DNA of 64,000 nt, from contig CDROCS010005398.1 in NCBI GenBank assembly GCA_977020255.1, positions 1 to 64,000 on the forward strand. The letters run 5' to 3'. The position numbers were made by a program, and so were the translations under genes. Origin of the DNA: Obrimoposthia wandeli. Taxonomy: Eukaryota. The notes beneath the pieces were generated by a model. The model saw nothing but the letters and a program-made list of their open reading frames with translations. It searched no databases and was not told the DNA's origin. Shown piece after piece: positions 1 to 8,437 of the stretch. How positions within the stretch are numbered: the first letter of the stretch is position 1; each line of letters starts with the position of its first letter.

Positions 1-159
1 AATGCCACGTACACCGCTTCTAACGCTTCATCAGCTTTAAGTAATACTTTTGCTGATTCGAAATCACCTGCCTTTGCTTCACCATTGCTTGCATTACGCA
101 GAGCGCGCTGCACCAGCCGGTACAAAGTGTCATCAAAACTCTTCAGTAATTTCCATCAT
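1..159 (-). pseudogene. PTS lactose/cellobiose-family IIA subunit (ChbA/CelC-like), 5' part, frameshifted, runs off window edge
   Basis: Reverse strand reads MMEITEEF, then across frame changes segments like ARSCVMQAM..EAKAGDFESAK..ADEALEAV, typical of lactose/cellobiose IIA. It lies downstream of IIC and IIB. Several single-base indels. Confidence 0.7.
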
Positions 160-251
160 CCGTTCCTTCATCTTGGCATTATAATTTGGGAGTTAATCAG
201 CCACCCTTACCTTAAAACTGACTATAAAAGATGGCTATTTGTGAATACTTA

Positions 252-1596
252 CTACTTCTTATTAACCTGCAGCGTTGGTGATAATAATTTTTCGTCAGCG
301 CTTTCTTCAAATTTTTCTTTGTACTAGCAATTCTTTTTCAGCGTGCTTTGAAGAATGGGTAGAAGATTAAACCACCACGGTGAAACAAGGCCGATAACGG
401 CAGCGAACATCGAGCTTTTGTCCACATTACAGCACCGATTGGCGCAGGCATTGTCCATGGTGTGCCAACAAACCTTTAGATTACTCAGGTCTAGCTTGAA
501 TGCACCCCAAACGATACATGCGTTAACTAATGGTGCAGCGATCCAAGGGATAAAGAAGGTTCATTACAATTGGCGTACCAAAAGTCACAGGTTCGTTAAT
601 GTTGAAAACAACCAGGGATGAATGACATTTTTACCAATCGTACGTAAGTGAGCAGATTTAGAACGCGCCATCATACAAACAAGTGCTAATGTACCGCCTG
701 AACCACCAACAAATACGAAGAAGTCCATCACAGGGTTGATGAAGATAGCTGGTAATCTCTACCTGTTTCCCCAAGTGCTTCTTGGTTTGCACCTAAGTTG
801 ATTAGTAATAATGGGACCAATGATGCCAGCCGAAAACAGATGCACCATGAATACCAGCAAACCACAATAATTGGATTAATAAGATAGCGAGTGCAAAGGC
901 GAAGAATGTATCAGATGCCGCAACAAGTGGCTTAAACATAGCCATAATGCCAGTTGCAATATTGAGGTCAAAGTTACCCAGTACGCCATTGATGATTTGT
1001 ACAATTAAGATCATGACAACGACAGGAATAAGCAGATCAAACGACGCTGATATTTTTTCTGGCACCGCTTCTGGCATTTTGATTCGAATGTTCTTTTCAA
1101 CAAGGAAGGTTTGTAGCGTTGGTACTAATAGACCACAAATGATGGCTGTAAATGCACCCGCACCACCTAAGTAAGCCATCGGGATCACACTACCTAGCTC
1201 GCCACCAACCCAAACAGCTGGAGCAATATGAGTAGGGAAAGAGAACAGAGATAATATTCTGAGTTCATTGGCCAACACCTTTGGTGTTGCTGCCCTGCTG
1301 TTGTATGCGATACCGTAGGCAGAATACATTGCGAAGATACCCATACTCACAAAGAATGGACCAACAATGTTATCACGACCGATAAACTGAACGACTGAGT
1401 GCCAACCGTCTAAGAACCAATTACCTGTACCGGGAGGGTTTGCAAATACCAGTAACAAAGAACCCACAATCAAGAAAGGCATCGTTGAAATAAAACCATC
1501 TTTAATGGCGCAGATATGTTTTTGATTCGCAACTTTACCTGCGACGGGAGCAATGACTCGCTCTACAAAATCCATGGTCGAACTAATAAGTGACAT
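252..1596 (-). pseudogene. PTS cellobiose/chitobiose IIC permease (CelB/ChbC-like), multiply frameshifted
   Basis: ORF 802-1650 from Met at 1596 (MSLISSTMDFVERVIAPVAGKVANQKHICAIKDGF...WFAGIHGASV). The rest (FFVFVGGSGGTLAL, GKMSFIPGCFNINEP) continues in other frames to TAG at 252-254. Confidence 0.85.
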
Positions 1597-1758
1597 AAAA
1601 TTTCCTTTTTTATAAAAATATGTATTAGATCTGGGTAAAAAAATGCGCAACGGTAAAGCTACGCATTAATTAAATAATTGGTGATAACACTAACGCTACC
1701 TATCTCAGTGCTTATAACTTAAGTTAAAAACACAATAAGAATGAAGGACTGGCGACAA

Positions 1759-2064
1759 CTAGCCTTTTAAATTAATCGCTTGTTGAAGGATCTCTTTGCC
1801 TTTCATCATGCCGTATTGCATCATGTCTATTTGCCCGCACGCTACGTTTTCTTCTGCACAACGCTTGCTGAATTCAGCAAATTTGTATTTCACTTGTGGC
1901 GCGACGAGACAAACATCATTTTTTTTCACTTCAGTTTCAAAAGCTGAAATAGAGTAAGCATTAATTTCTGCTTTAATGTCTGCAGCTTCGGCGGCTTGAC
2001 GCATTTTATTAACAACCATTGACGTAGACATACCTGCTGCACAGCAAAGGAAAATTTTAATCAT
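1759..2064 (-). CDS. PTS cellobiose/chitobiose IIB subunit (CelA/ChbB-like)
   Basis: MIKIFLCCAAGMSTSMVVNKM carries the CxxGxSTS phosphorylation motif. Start reassigned to ATG at 2064. Confidence 0.92.
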   Translation of the reverse strand: MIKIFLCCAAGMSTSMVVNKMRQAAEAADIKAEINAYSISAFETEVKKNDVCLVAPQVKYKFAEFSKRCAEENVACGQIDMMQYGMMKGKEILQQAINLKG

Positions 2065-2648
2065 TTTTAACAACCTTTTGATTTTTAAGTTTAAAATTAA
2101 TTTTAAGGTGACTATTCTCAATTTAAACACCAATCAAGCAGCACTCCCCTTTGAGGTATATGTTGCGCTAATGTTTTTTGTAATACAAACGGCAAAAACT
2201 TAATTTGTGATCTGAAATATGTTTTATATTAAAATTACATAATCCAATAATAAGATGTAATACGCTGTCTACATGGCAATATGATTTACATTTTAAACTG
2301 ATGAATTTAATTTAAAAATAAAATTCACACATCAAAACAACCACTTGAGATCATTCAATATACTTTTATGCTATATTCCTAAAAAGTATAAAGTGATGGG
2401 TTAAAGCTTGTTATTGAGTCATTAATATTTAAAACACACAACTTATTTCTCTGTGAATCATTCTCACTAGCCACATTTGTGTTCCGTTAAGAGATTTTGT
2501 AGATTTTAAATAACGAGGTTATTGTTTAAACAGAGGGTTTACAAGATCAACAAAAATACCAAAGCATGGAAAAGAAGACGTAACGGAGAATAATGACGGC
2601 GATTACTTATAATCACAGCCATATTTTTTGATTGGAAGAATTAAGCGG

Positions 2649-3446
2649 CTACAACACCACTGGGTAACCTTTTTCAGGATGCGCCATAATGGTGATATTA
2701 TGTTGGTATACCTTGCTGATATTCTGCTTGGTAATAACCTCAGCAGGCGACCCATCAGCAACGATATGGCCTTTATTCAAGATAACTAATCTATCCGCGT
2801 ATTGTGATGCTAAATTTAAATCATGAATGACAATGATGACTGCCGCGCCCGATTGCGCTAACTGCTTTGCTAAAATTAAGACTTTATGTTGGTACTCTAT
2901 ATCCAATGCGGCCGTTGGCTCATCAAGTAATAAAATCTTTTTGTCACCACCTACAGATAACTGCGTTAATACCCTTGCCAAGTGCACACGCTGCTTTTCA
3001 CCACCTGATAATAACGGATATCGGACGTCAACTAAGTGACTAACACCGACTTTTTTCATCATAGCGTTGACTATTTCATCACGTTGTAAAGTTGAAACCG
3101 CGAGCGGAATAGCACCTAACTCAATCACTTCTTGCACGCTAAAGTTAAACGTTAAGTTACTTGATTGCGGTAATACACCAAGCAATTTTGCCAATTCATT
3201 GGGTTGCCAATGACTCGCAGACTCGCCAAATAAAGTTAAATTATCGTAACTTAATTCATAATTTTTTGATTTTTTCAATGGTAATTCTTGCGTAATAACC
3301 TTCAAGCAAGAGCTTTTCCCTGTGCCATTAGGACCGAGTATTGCGGTGAGTTGCCCTGCATTAAAGCTTAAGTTGACCTTGTCTAATACTGTTTTATTGC
3401 CAAACCTTAAGGTGACATTGTGCATCGACATTACGTTTTTCATCAC
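2649..3446 (-). CDS. hutD: Heme ABC transporter ATP-binding protein (HutD/HmuV)
   Basis: Walker A GPNGTGKS, LSGGEKQRVHLARVL, LLLDEPTAALD; last gene of the tonB-exbBD-hutBCD operon. Confidence 0.93.
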   Translation of the reverse strand: MMKNVMSMHNVTLRFGNKTVLDKVNLSFNAGQLTAILGPNGTGKSSCLKVITQELPLKKSKNYELSYDNLTLFGESASHWQPNELAKLLGVLPQSSNLTFNFSVQEVIELGAIPLAVSTLQRDEIVNAMMKKVGVSHLVDVRYPLLSGGEKQRVHLARVLTQLSVGGDKKILLLDEPTAALDIEYQHKVLILAKQLAQSGAAVIIVIHDLNLASQYADRLVILNKGHIVADGSPAEVITKQNISKVYQHNITIMAHPEKGYPVVL

Positions 3447-4498
3447 GCTAGCGTCCCTTTTTGTTTAACCAATAAATACATAAAAAATGGTGCGCCAATT
3501 AACGCAGTAACAATACCGACGGGCATGTCGAGTGGTGCAACAACGGTTCTTGCAATCATGTCCGACACCAACAGCAGCAACGCACCAATCACCATAGACA
3601 CAGGTAATAACAGCTTATGCCTTGGCCCTATTAACATGCGGCCTAAGTGCGGCACAATTAAGCCAATAAAACCGATCATACCAGACAGTGAAACAGTCAC
3701 CCCGACCCCCACTGCAGTGAGTAAAATCAACTTCTTTTTTAAACGTTGAACCCGAATACCAAGGTGTTTTGCTTCTGACTCACCGAGCAATAAGGCATCC
3801 ATCTTATTGGCGTCTTTATAAAACACAATGAACAACACAATGAGGGTGACAAATGACAGTGCGATACCCAACCAATTTGCACCAGCCAGTGAGCCCATAG
3901 TCCATAATGACAGGTCTCTTAGCGCTTGGTCATCGGCATAATAGTTCATCAATCCAAGTCCCGCGCCAGCCAGTGCACTAATCGCTACACCGGCAAGTAA
4001 CATCATGGTCACAGAGGTGCCATTGCTGCTTGTACCTAGGTGATAAACGATAATAGTCGTGATTGCCCCGCCCATAAATGAGAACAGCGGCACTGCGCCT
4101 AATAACAACAATGTCGGATATAATTCAGCAAGCGAACCAAACATGACGATTGCAATTGCCGCGCCCAGAGATGCACCCGCAGACACACCGATAATGCCCG
4201 GATCTGCTAACGAATTACGAAATAACCCCTGCATTACCGTGCCGCAAATAGCCAGAATGGCCCCCACACTCAATGCCAACAATGTCCGTGGCAAGCGTAT
4301 TTGTTGGATAACTAACTCGATATGTGCAGGTAAATCAATGCGATATTGTGATGGTAATAAGGCGCTCATGCTTTGTGCCAAGGTAATATCCATTGGCCCA
4401 AGGGCAATTGAAGCCACTATCGCAATATACAAAAGTACAATGCCGCTAAATATTAAGATCTTGGTGTTGTTTGCTTGGAAAAAAGTAGACGTTAACAT
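3443..4498 (-). CDS. hutC: Heme ABC transporter permease (HutC/HmuU, FecCD family)
   Basis: IRLPRTLLA, QGLFRNSLADPGIIGVSAGA, GFIGLIVPH. The likely start is ATG 4498 (MLTSTFF); the ORF-track extension overlaps the repetitive 3' end of hutB. Confidence 0.93.
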   Translation of the reverse strand: MLTSTFFQANNTKILIFSGIVLLYIAIVASIALGPMDITLAQSMSALLPSQYRIDLPAHIELVIQQIRLPRTLLALSVGAILAICGTVMQGLFRNSLADPGIIGVSAGASLGAAIAIVMFGSLAELYPTLLLLGAVPLFSFMGGAITTIIVYHLGTSSNGTSVTMMLLAGVAISALAGAGLGLMNYYADDQALRDLSLWTMGSLAGANWLGIALSFVTLIVLFIVFYKDANKMDALLLGESEAKHLGIRVQRLKKKLILLTAVGVGVTVSLSGMIGFIGLIVPHLGRMLIGPRHKLLLPVSMVIGALLLLVSDMIARTVVAPLDMPVGIVTALIGAPFFMYLLVKQKGTLA

Positions 4499-4505
4499 GC
4501 TTTCC

Positions 4506-5270
4506 TCAGTCTTGAACGTAGGTTTGTGATTGTGATTGAGGCTGAGATTGAAGTTGAGATTGATATTGAAGTTGAGAGTAATGAAGCTGTAGCGTTTTAG
4601 CCAGAGCGATGCTTTCAAGACCAAAGCCACCAATTAATGCGCTGCCTTGCACTGCAACTATTTGTCCTTTCGCACCGGCAGGCGTGGCTTTTAATAATGG
4701 GAAGTCTTGTAACAGTTTATCGGCACTGCCATAAGGTAAGAAATCACGATCGCTCACTAAGATATAATCAGGCTGCAGTTGAATGATCGCTTCATAAGAC
4801 AAAGGTTTGTAAGATTCGATGACGCTATTTGCTGGATTAACCGCACCTGACAGTGTAATAATTTCATCTATCGAGGTATTTTTACCTGCCGCTGTTACCG
4901 CTCTGTCTTTACTGATCATTAAGAACAATACACTGGGTTTGTCTGTTAGTGGGGTACTTTTTTTCAATGCTAGAATGGCTTGTTTAGCTTGCTGTTTAAC
5001 TTGCTTCGCTTGTACTTGGCTATGAGTCAGCTCTGCAATCACATCTATCCGTTTATCTAAATCTGCCAAAGTATTACCACTCGGTACGGTGATGACCTTT
5101 ACATTACTGGCTGTTAATAAATCTAATGTCGACTTTGGCCCCATCTCATCAGAACCAATCAAATATGTGGGAGCAAGAGCCATCAGACCTTCAGCAGATA
5201 ACTGTCGATGATAGCTGCTGAGCATGCTTAAACTCATCACCACGCTCATACCTATTATTGATTTTTTCAT
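4506..5270 (-). CDS. hutB: Periplasmic heme-binding protein (HutB/HmuT-like) with an apparent in-frame N-terminal deletion
   Basis: YHRQLSAEGL, LIGSDEMGP, SYKPLS, LKATPAG and ALIGGFG match HutB. The usual RIISAGSAVTELxxALG...VAVDVTS segment is absent. Gln/Ser hexamer-repeat tail. Confidence 0.85.
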   Translation of the reverse strand: MKKSIIGMSVVMSLSMLSSYHRQLSAEGLMALAPTYLIGSDEMGPKSTLDLLTASNVKVITVPSGNTLADLDKRIDVIAELTHSQVQAKQVKQQAKQAILALKKSTPLTDKPSVLFLMISKDRAVTAAGKNTSIDEIITLSGAVNPANSVIESYKPLSYEAIIQLQPDYILVSDRDFLPYGSADKLLQDFPLLKATPAGAKGQIVAVQGSALIGGFGLESIALAKTLQLHYSQLQYQSQLQSQPQSQSQTYVQD

Positions 5271-5271
5271 A

Positions 5272-5691
5272 TTAGCTATCTTCTTCCATCATTACGTTAA
5301 TTTTAGTTACATCATTATTTTTTAAAAATGCTAATATTTTCATCATCTTGTCTATTGGCGCCGATTTATCAGCGGTAATCAAAATGGTGTGTTCTGGCGC
5401 GTCCTTATGGCGGATTAACAATTGTTGTTTAAACGAATCCCAATCTGAGATCTTGTTGTCATCAATGCCCCACTCGTCGGCTTCCGCCAAAATACTGATA
5501 GCAATCACCTTGGTATCAGTCTGATTTAACACCGCCGTTTCGTCAGTAACGGGCACGTCCACCGCTAAGCTTTTAATGCTGATATTTGCAGTGAGCAACA
5601 AGAAAACCATGACAATAAAGATGATATCTAACAGTGGCGTTAGATCCGGTTTATAGTCAGTGAAGTTGCTATTGTCGCCAGCACTGATCAT
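5272..5691 (-). CDS. exbD: ExbD/TolR biopolymer transport protein
   Basis: DLTPLLDIIFIVMVFLLL transmembrane motif; ITADKSAP. Confidence 0.93.
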   Translation of the reverse strand: MISAGDNSNFTDYKPDLTPLLDIIFIVMVFLLLTANISIKSLAVDVPVTDETAVLNQTDTKVIAISILAEADEWGIDDNKISDWDSFKQQLLIRHKDAPEHTILITADKSAPIDKMMKILAFLKNNDVTKINVMMEEDS

Positions 5692-6407
5692 CGTTTATTA
5701 CCGCCATTGCTGGTTGTTTTAACTTTATGCAGATCACCCTTAATTTGGTCGACCTTATATTGTTCAACCCTATGCTGATCAACATAAACGCCTTCTAAAA
5801 ACAGATTACAATGGTTCAATGCATGCTCTACTTTGGCCATGATATTGTCCGCCCATAAATGCAGTAACTGCGAGCCGAGGATTGCAGGCAATGCAATTAA
5901 TAAACCCGCGGCAGTGGTCGCCATTGCTAAACCGAGACCATCAGCGAGTAAAGCGGGTTCAATAGTGCCCTGTGTTAACGCTAAGTCTTTAAACATTTTT
6001 ATTAAACCAAGTACAGTACCAAGCAAGCCAATAAGCGGTGCTATCATGCCAATGATTGATAATATCTTTAAACCCGAACCGTAATTACGACGTTGTTTAT
6101 GCAACCACAGCGATACTGTTTCTTCTCTTAAATTCTTAGCATGATCGTGGTGCATAAGCAGTATTCCAGCCCCTTTTTCAAAGGTATTATTACTTTTCAG
6201 TAATTGCCGAGCGGTGCTTTCAAAATAGTTACCGTCGATATTCTGTTGCTGATATAAAGCCTTAATTAATCGCTGACTGTTTGAACGTGAATTCATTGAT
6301 AAGTAAAGAAGACGCTCTAAAATAATCAGCAATACCACACATGACATGAGCGTTAATGGCCAAGTCATCAGACCTAATTGCGCGTATAAGTTATTAAAAA
6401 AATTCAT
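5688..6407 (-). CDS. exbB: ExbB/MotA/TolQ proton channel
   Basis: IAPLIGLLGTVLGLI and GLAMATTAAGLLIALP. Confidence 0.93.
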   Translation of the reverse strand: MNFFNNLYAQLGLMTWPLTLMSCVVLLIILERLLYLSMNSRSNSQRLIKALYQQQNIDGNYFESTARQLLKSNNTFEKGAGILLMHHDHAKNLREETVSLWLHKQRRNYGSGLKILSIIGMIAPLIGLLGTVLGLIKMFKDLALTQGTIEPALLADGLGLAMATTAAGLLIALPAILGSQLLHLWADNIMAKVEHALNHCNLFLEGVYVDQHRVEQYKVDQIKGDLHKVKTTSNGGNKR

Positions 6408-6410
6408 TAT

Positions 6411-7163
6411 CTAATCCAATTTAAATCTAATGGGTATTTGCAAACGGTACGCGTATGCCTGTCCTGCTGTTTTTTGTTCTGCAAACTGCCAAGCCGCAAT
6501 TGTTTTTAGCGCGGCGTCATCAAGCAAACTATAACCAGTAGAATCCAGCAGCCGTTGCTTAATTTGCTTGCCATTTTTGTCCAGCCACACTTCGATTAAC
6601 GCCTCTCCTTCTAAGTTCTTTCGTTTGGCTAATCTTGGATATTTAATGGCCGTTGGTTTGACTTTAAATTTAGGTTTAGCGATTAACTTGGGCATTGCTT
6701 TACTCGATTGACTGCTAATAATCTCGCTGCTATTGCTCACTGTCGGTGTTATTTCAGCGGTTAATTCAGGTACGACCTTCACCTCTTTTTCTACCACGGC
6801 TGATTGCTTGTCTTGAATGACTGGTTTGGTTTCTGGCACTTGCTTTGGCTTTACTTTAACTGCGACTAATTTATTAACCTTAGATTTCGCTTTAGGTTTA
6901 GGCTTAGGCTTAGGTTTCACCTTTACTAATTTTTCACTTTCAACTTCAGTTTTTGCTTTAATTTCGGGCTTTTTTTTGGGCTTAGCCTTTTCTGCTACCT
7001 TGGGTTTACTCACTGCAATAAATTGCACGCTATTATTGGTTTGTTGCGATTTATCATCCAATGATATGGTGACCATTTTTTCTTCATTCTGCATGAATGA
7101 AAATGCAACACCATGAATTAAAAGAGAAAGCGAAGTAAATACGACATATCTTTTGAGATTCAT
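6411..7163 (-). CDS. tonB: TonB energy transducer (TonB1-like)
   Basis: N-terminal anchor SLLIHG, Lys-Pro repeats, C-terminal YPRLAKRKNLEGEALIEV...IPIRFKLD. Start chosen at ATG 7163 (track start 7187). Confidence 0.9.
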   Translation of the reverse strand: MNLKRYVVFTSLSLLIHGVAFSFMQNEEKMVTISLDDKSQQTNNSVQFIAVSKPKVAEKAKPKKKPEIKAKTEVESEKLVKVKPKPKPKPKAKSKVNKLVAVKVKPKQVPETKPVIQDKQSAVVEKEVKVVPELTAEITPTVSNSSEIISSQSSKAMPKLIAKPKFKVKPTAIKYPRLAKRKNLEGEALIEVWLDKNGKQIKQRLLDSTGYSLLDDAALKTIAAWQFAEQKTAGQAYAYRLQIPIRFKLD

Positions 7164-7233
7164 TTTGACCCTTGATGATTTAAACAAGATAAAGCCTGTT
7201 GTTAAGTGCGGTCATAATGCCACAAAAACACCC

Positions 7234-7266
7234 AAATGCAAATAAGATCCATTATCATTTGCATTT
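7234..7266. promoter_or_regulatory. Fur box / inverted repeat between divergent tonB and hutX
   Basis: AAATGCAAAT...ATTTGCATTT arms enclose AAATAAGATCCATTATCATTT, which matches 17 of 21 positions of an extended Fur consensus AAATGATAATCATTATCATTT by hand alignment. Confidence 0.75.
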
Positions 7267-7321
7267 ATCTTTTCATTCAGTATTATGTGCTCATCATTTT
7301 ATAATTGATAACTTAATCACT

Positions 7322-7858
7322 ATGTATCAGCACACTACACAGCAGCAGGTAATCTCTTCTATTAGCGAATTAATGGCAGAAGATGATGGAATTCCGGTTT
7401 CATCCATGGCTCAGCAGCTCGATTTAACTGAAGGTGAAGTCACATTTGCACTGCCTAAAACACAAGTAATGCAGGTCGCAGGTCAATATTGTGAACAAGT
7501 ATTGAGTCTGTTACCAAGCTGGGGAAAGGTCACAACAATAGTGCATTCTTGTGGGTCAATATTCGAATTCAAAAACCCCTTTCCAAATGGCAAAGTCGGA
7601 CATGGTTATTACAATATAATGGGAAAAGAAGGTCTACACGGACATTTGAAAATTGATCAGGTCGCCAATATAGCCTTTGTCAGCAAACCATTTAGAGGCA
7701 TGGAAAGTCATTACATTGGCTTCTATACCCAACAAGGCCAGTGCGTTTTCAAAGTTTACTTAGGCCGAGACAAAACCAGACAACTATTTCCAGAGCAAGT
7801 ATCCGCATTTACCACTTTAAAGCAAAAATTAAGTATCCAAACGGAGTTACAACAATGA
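7322..7858 (+). CDS. hutX: Heme utilization carrier protein HutX/ChuX
   Basis: WGKVTTIVHSCGSIFEFKNPFPNGKVGHGYYNI...FKVYLGRD. Start at ATG 7322; ATGA overlap with hutZ. Confidence 0.9.
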   Translation: MYQHTTQQQVISSISELMAEDDGIPVSSMAQQLDLTEGEVTFALPKTQVMQVAGQYCEQVLSLLPSWGKVTTIVHSCGSIFEFKNPFPNGKVGHGYYNIMGKEGLHGHLKIDQVANIAFVSKPFRGMESHYIGFYTQQGQCVFKVYLGRDKTRQLFPEQVSAFTTLKQKLSIQTELQQ

Positions 7859-8379
7859 TCACTAAACAACAACGCATTGAAAATCGCATCAGCCCTGAAA
7901 TTCAAGAATTTAAGCAGCAATGTAAAACTCTGCAAATGGCAACGCTATCTTCAGGCATGCCACATGTGAGTTATGCACCGTTCACTTACAATAAAGCCGG
8001 TTTTTATATTTTGGTTAGTGATGTTGCTCAACACGGACAGAATTTAAAACACTCACAAAATGTATCAATCATGCTTATCGAAGATGAAAGTAATTCTAAG
8101 CAGTTGTATGCTCGCCGCCGCTTAACGTTTGATACTACAGCAAAATTAATAGCAAAAAACTCGACTATTGGTCAGCAAGCAATCTTAGATTTAAGCCAAC
8201 GTTTTGGTGACATCATTGATAATTTAGCTGGTCTTAAAGACTTTAACCTTTATCAATTAACACCTGAAAAAGGCCGTTTTGTGAAAGGTTTTGGTAAAGC
8301 ATTTGATATTTCTGGCGACGATATGATTGATATTGTGCATTTAAATGAAGGTCATGTGAAAGCTAATCAAGATCAGTAA
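7855..8379 (+). CDS. hutZ: Heme utilization protein HutZ (split-barrel heme oxygenase-like)
   Basis: PHVSYAPF, YARRRLTF, GRFVKGFGKAF, HLNEGH. Start at ATG 7855. Confidence 0.92.
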   Translation: MITKQQRIENRISPEIQEFKQQCKTLQMATLSSGMPHVSYAPFTYNKAGFYILVSDVAQHGQNLKHSQNVSIMLIEDESNSKQLYARRRLTFDTTAKLIAKNSTIGQQAILDLSQRFGDIIDNLAGLKDFNLYQLTPEKGRFVKGFGKAFDISGDDMIDIVHLNEGHVKANQDQ

Positions 8380-8437
8380 GGTAAGTCAGATCAGATCTGC
8401 AAACTTAATAATAAAAGCCATTAAATTAAAGTTAAAC

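Noticed and set aside
2200-2225. CRP site upstream of the PTS operon
   Set aside because: Only the TGTGA half-site matches; the second half (ATATG) is poor.
4499-4633. N-terminal extension of hutC in the ORF track
   Set aside because: It overlaps the hexamer-repeat 3' end of hutB; the permease homology starts at Met 4498.
6880-7010. Lys-Pro and hexamer repeats in tonB
   Set aside because: Normal TonB proline-rich spacer.
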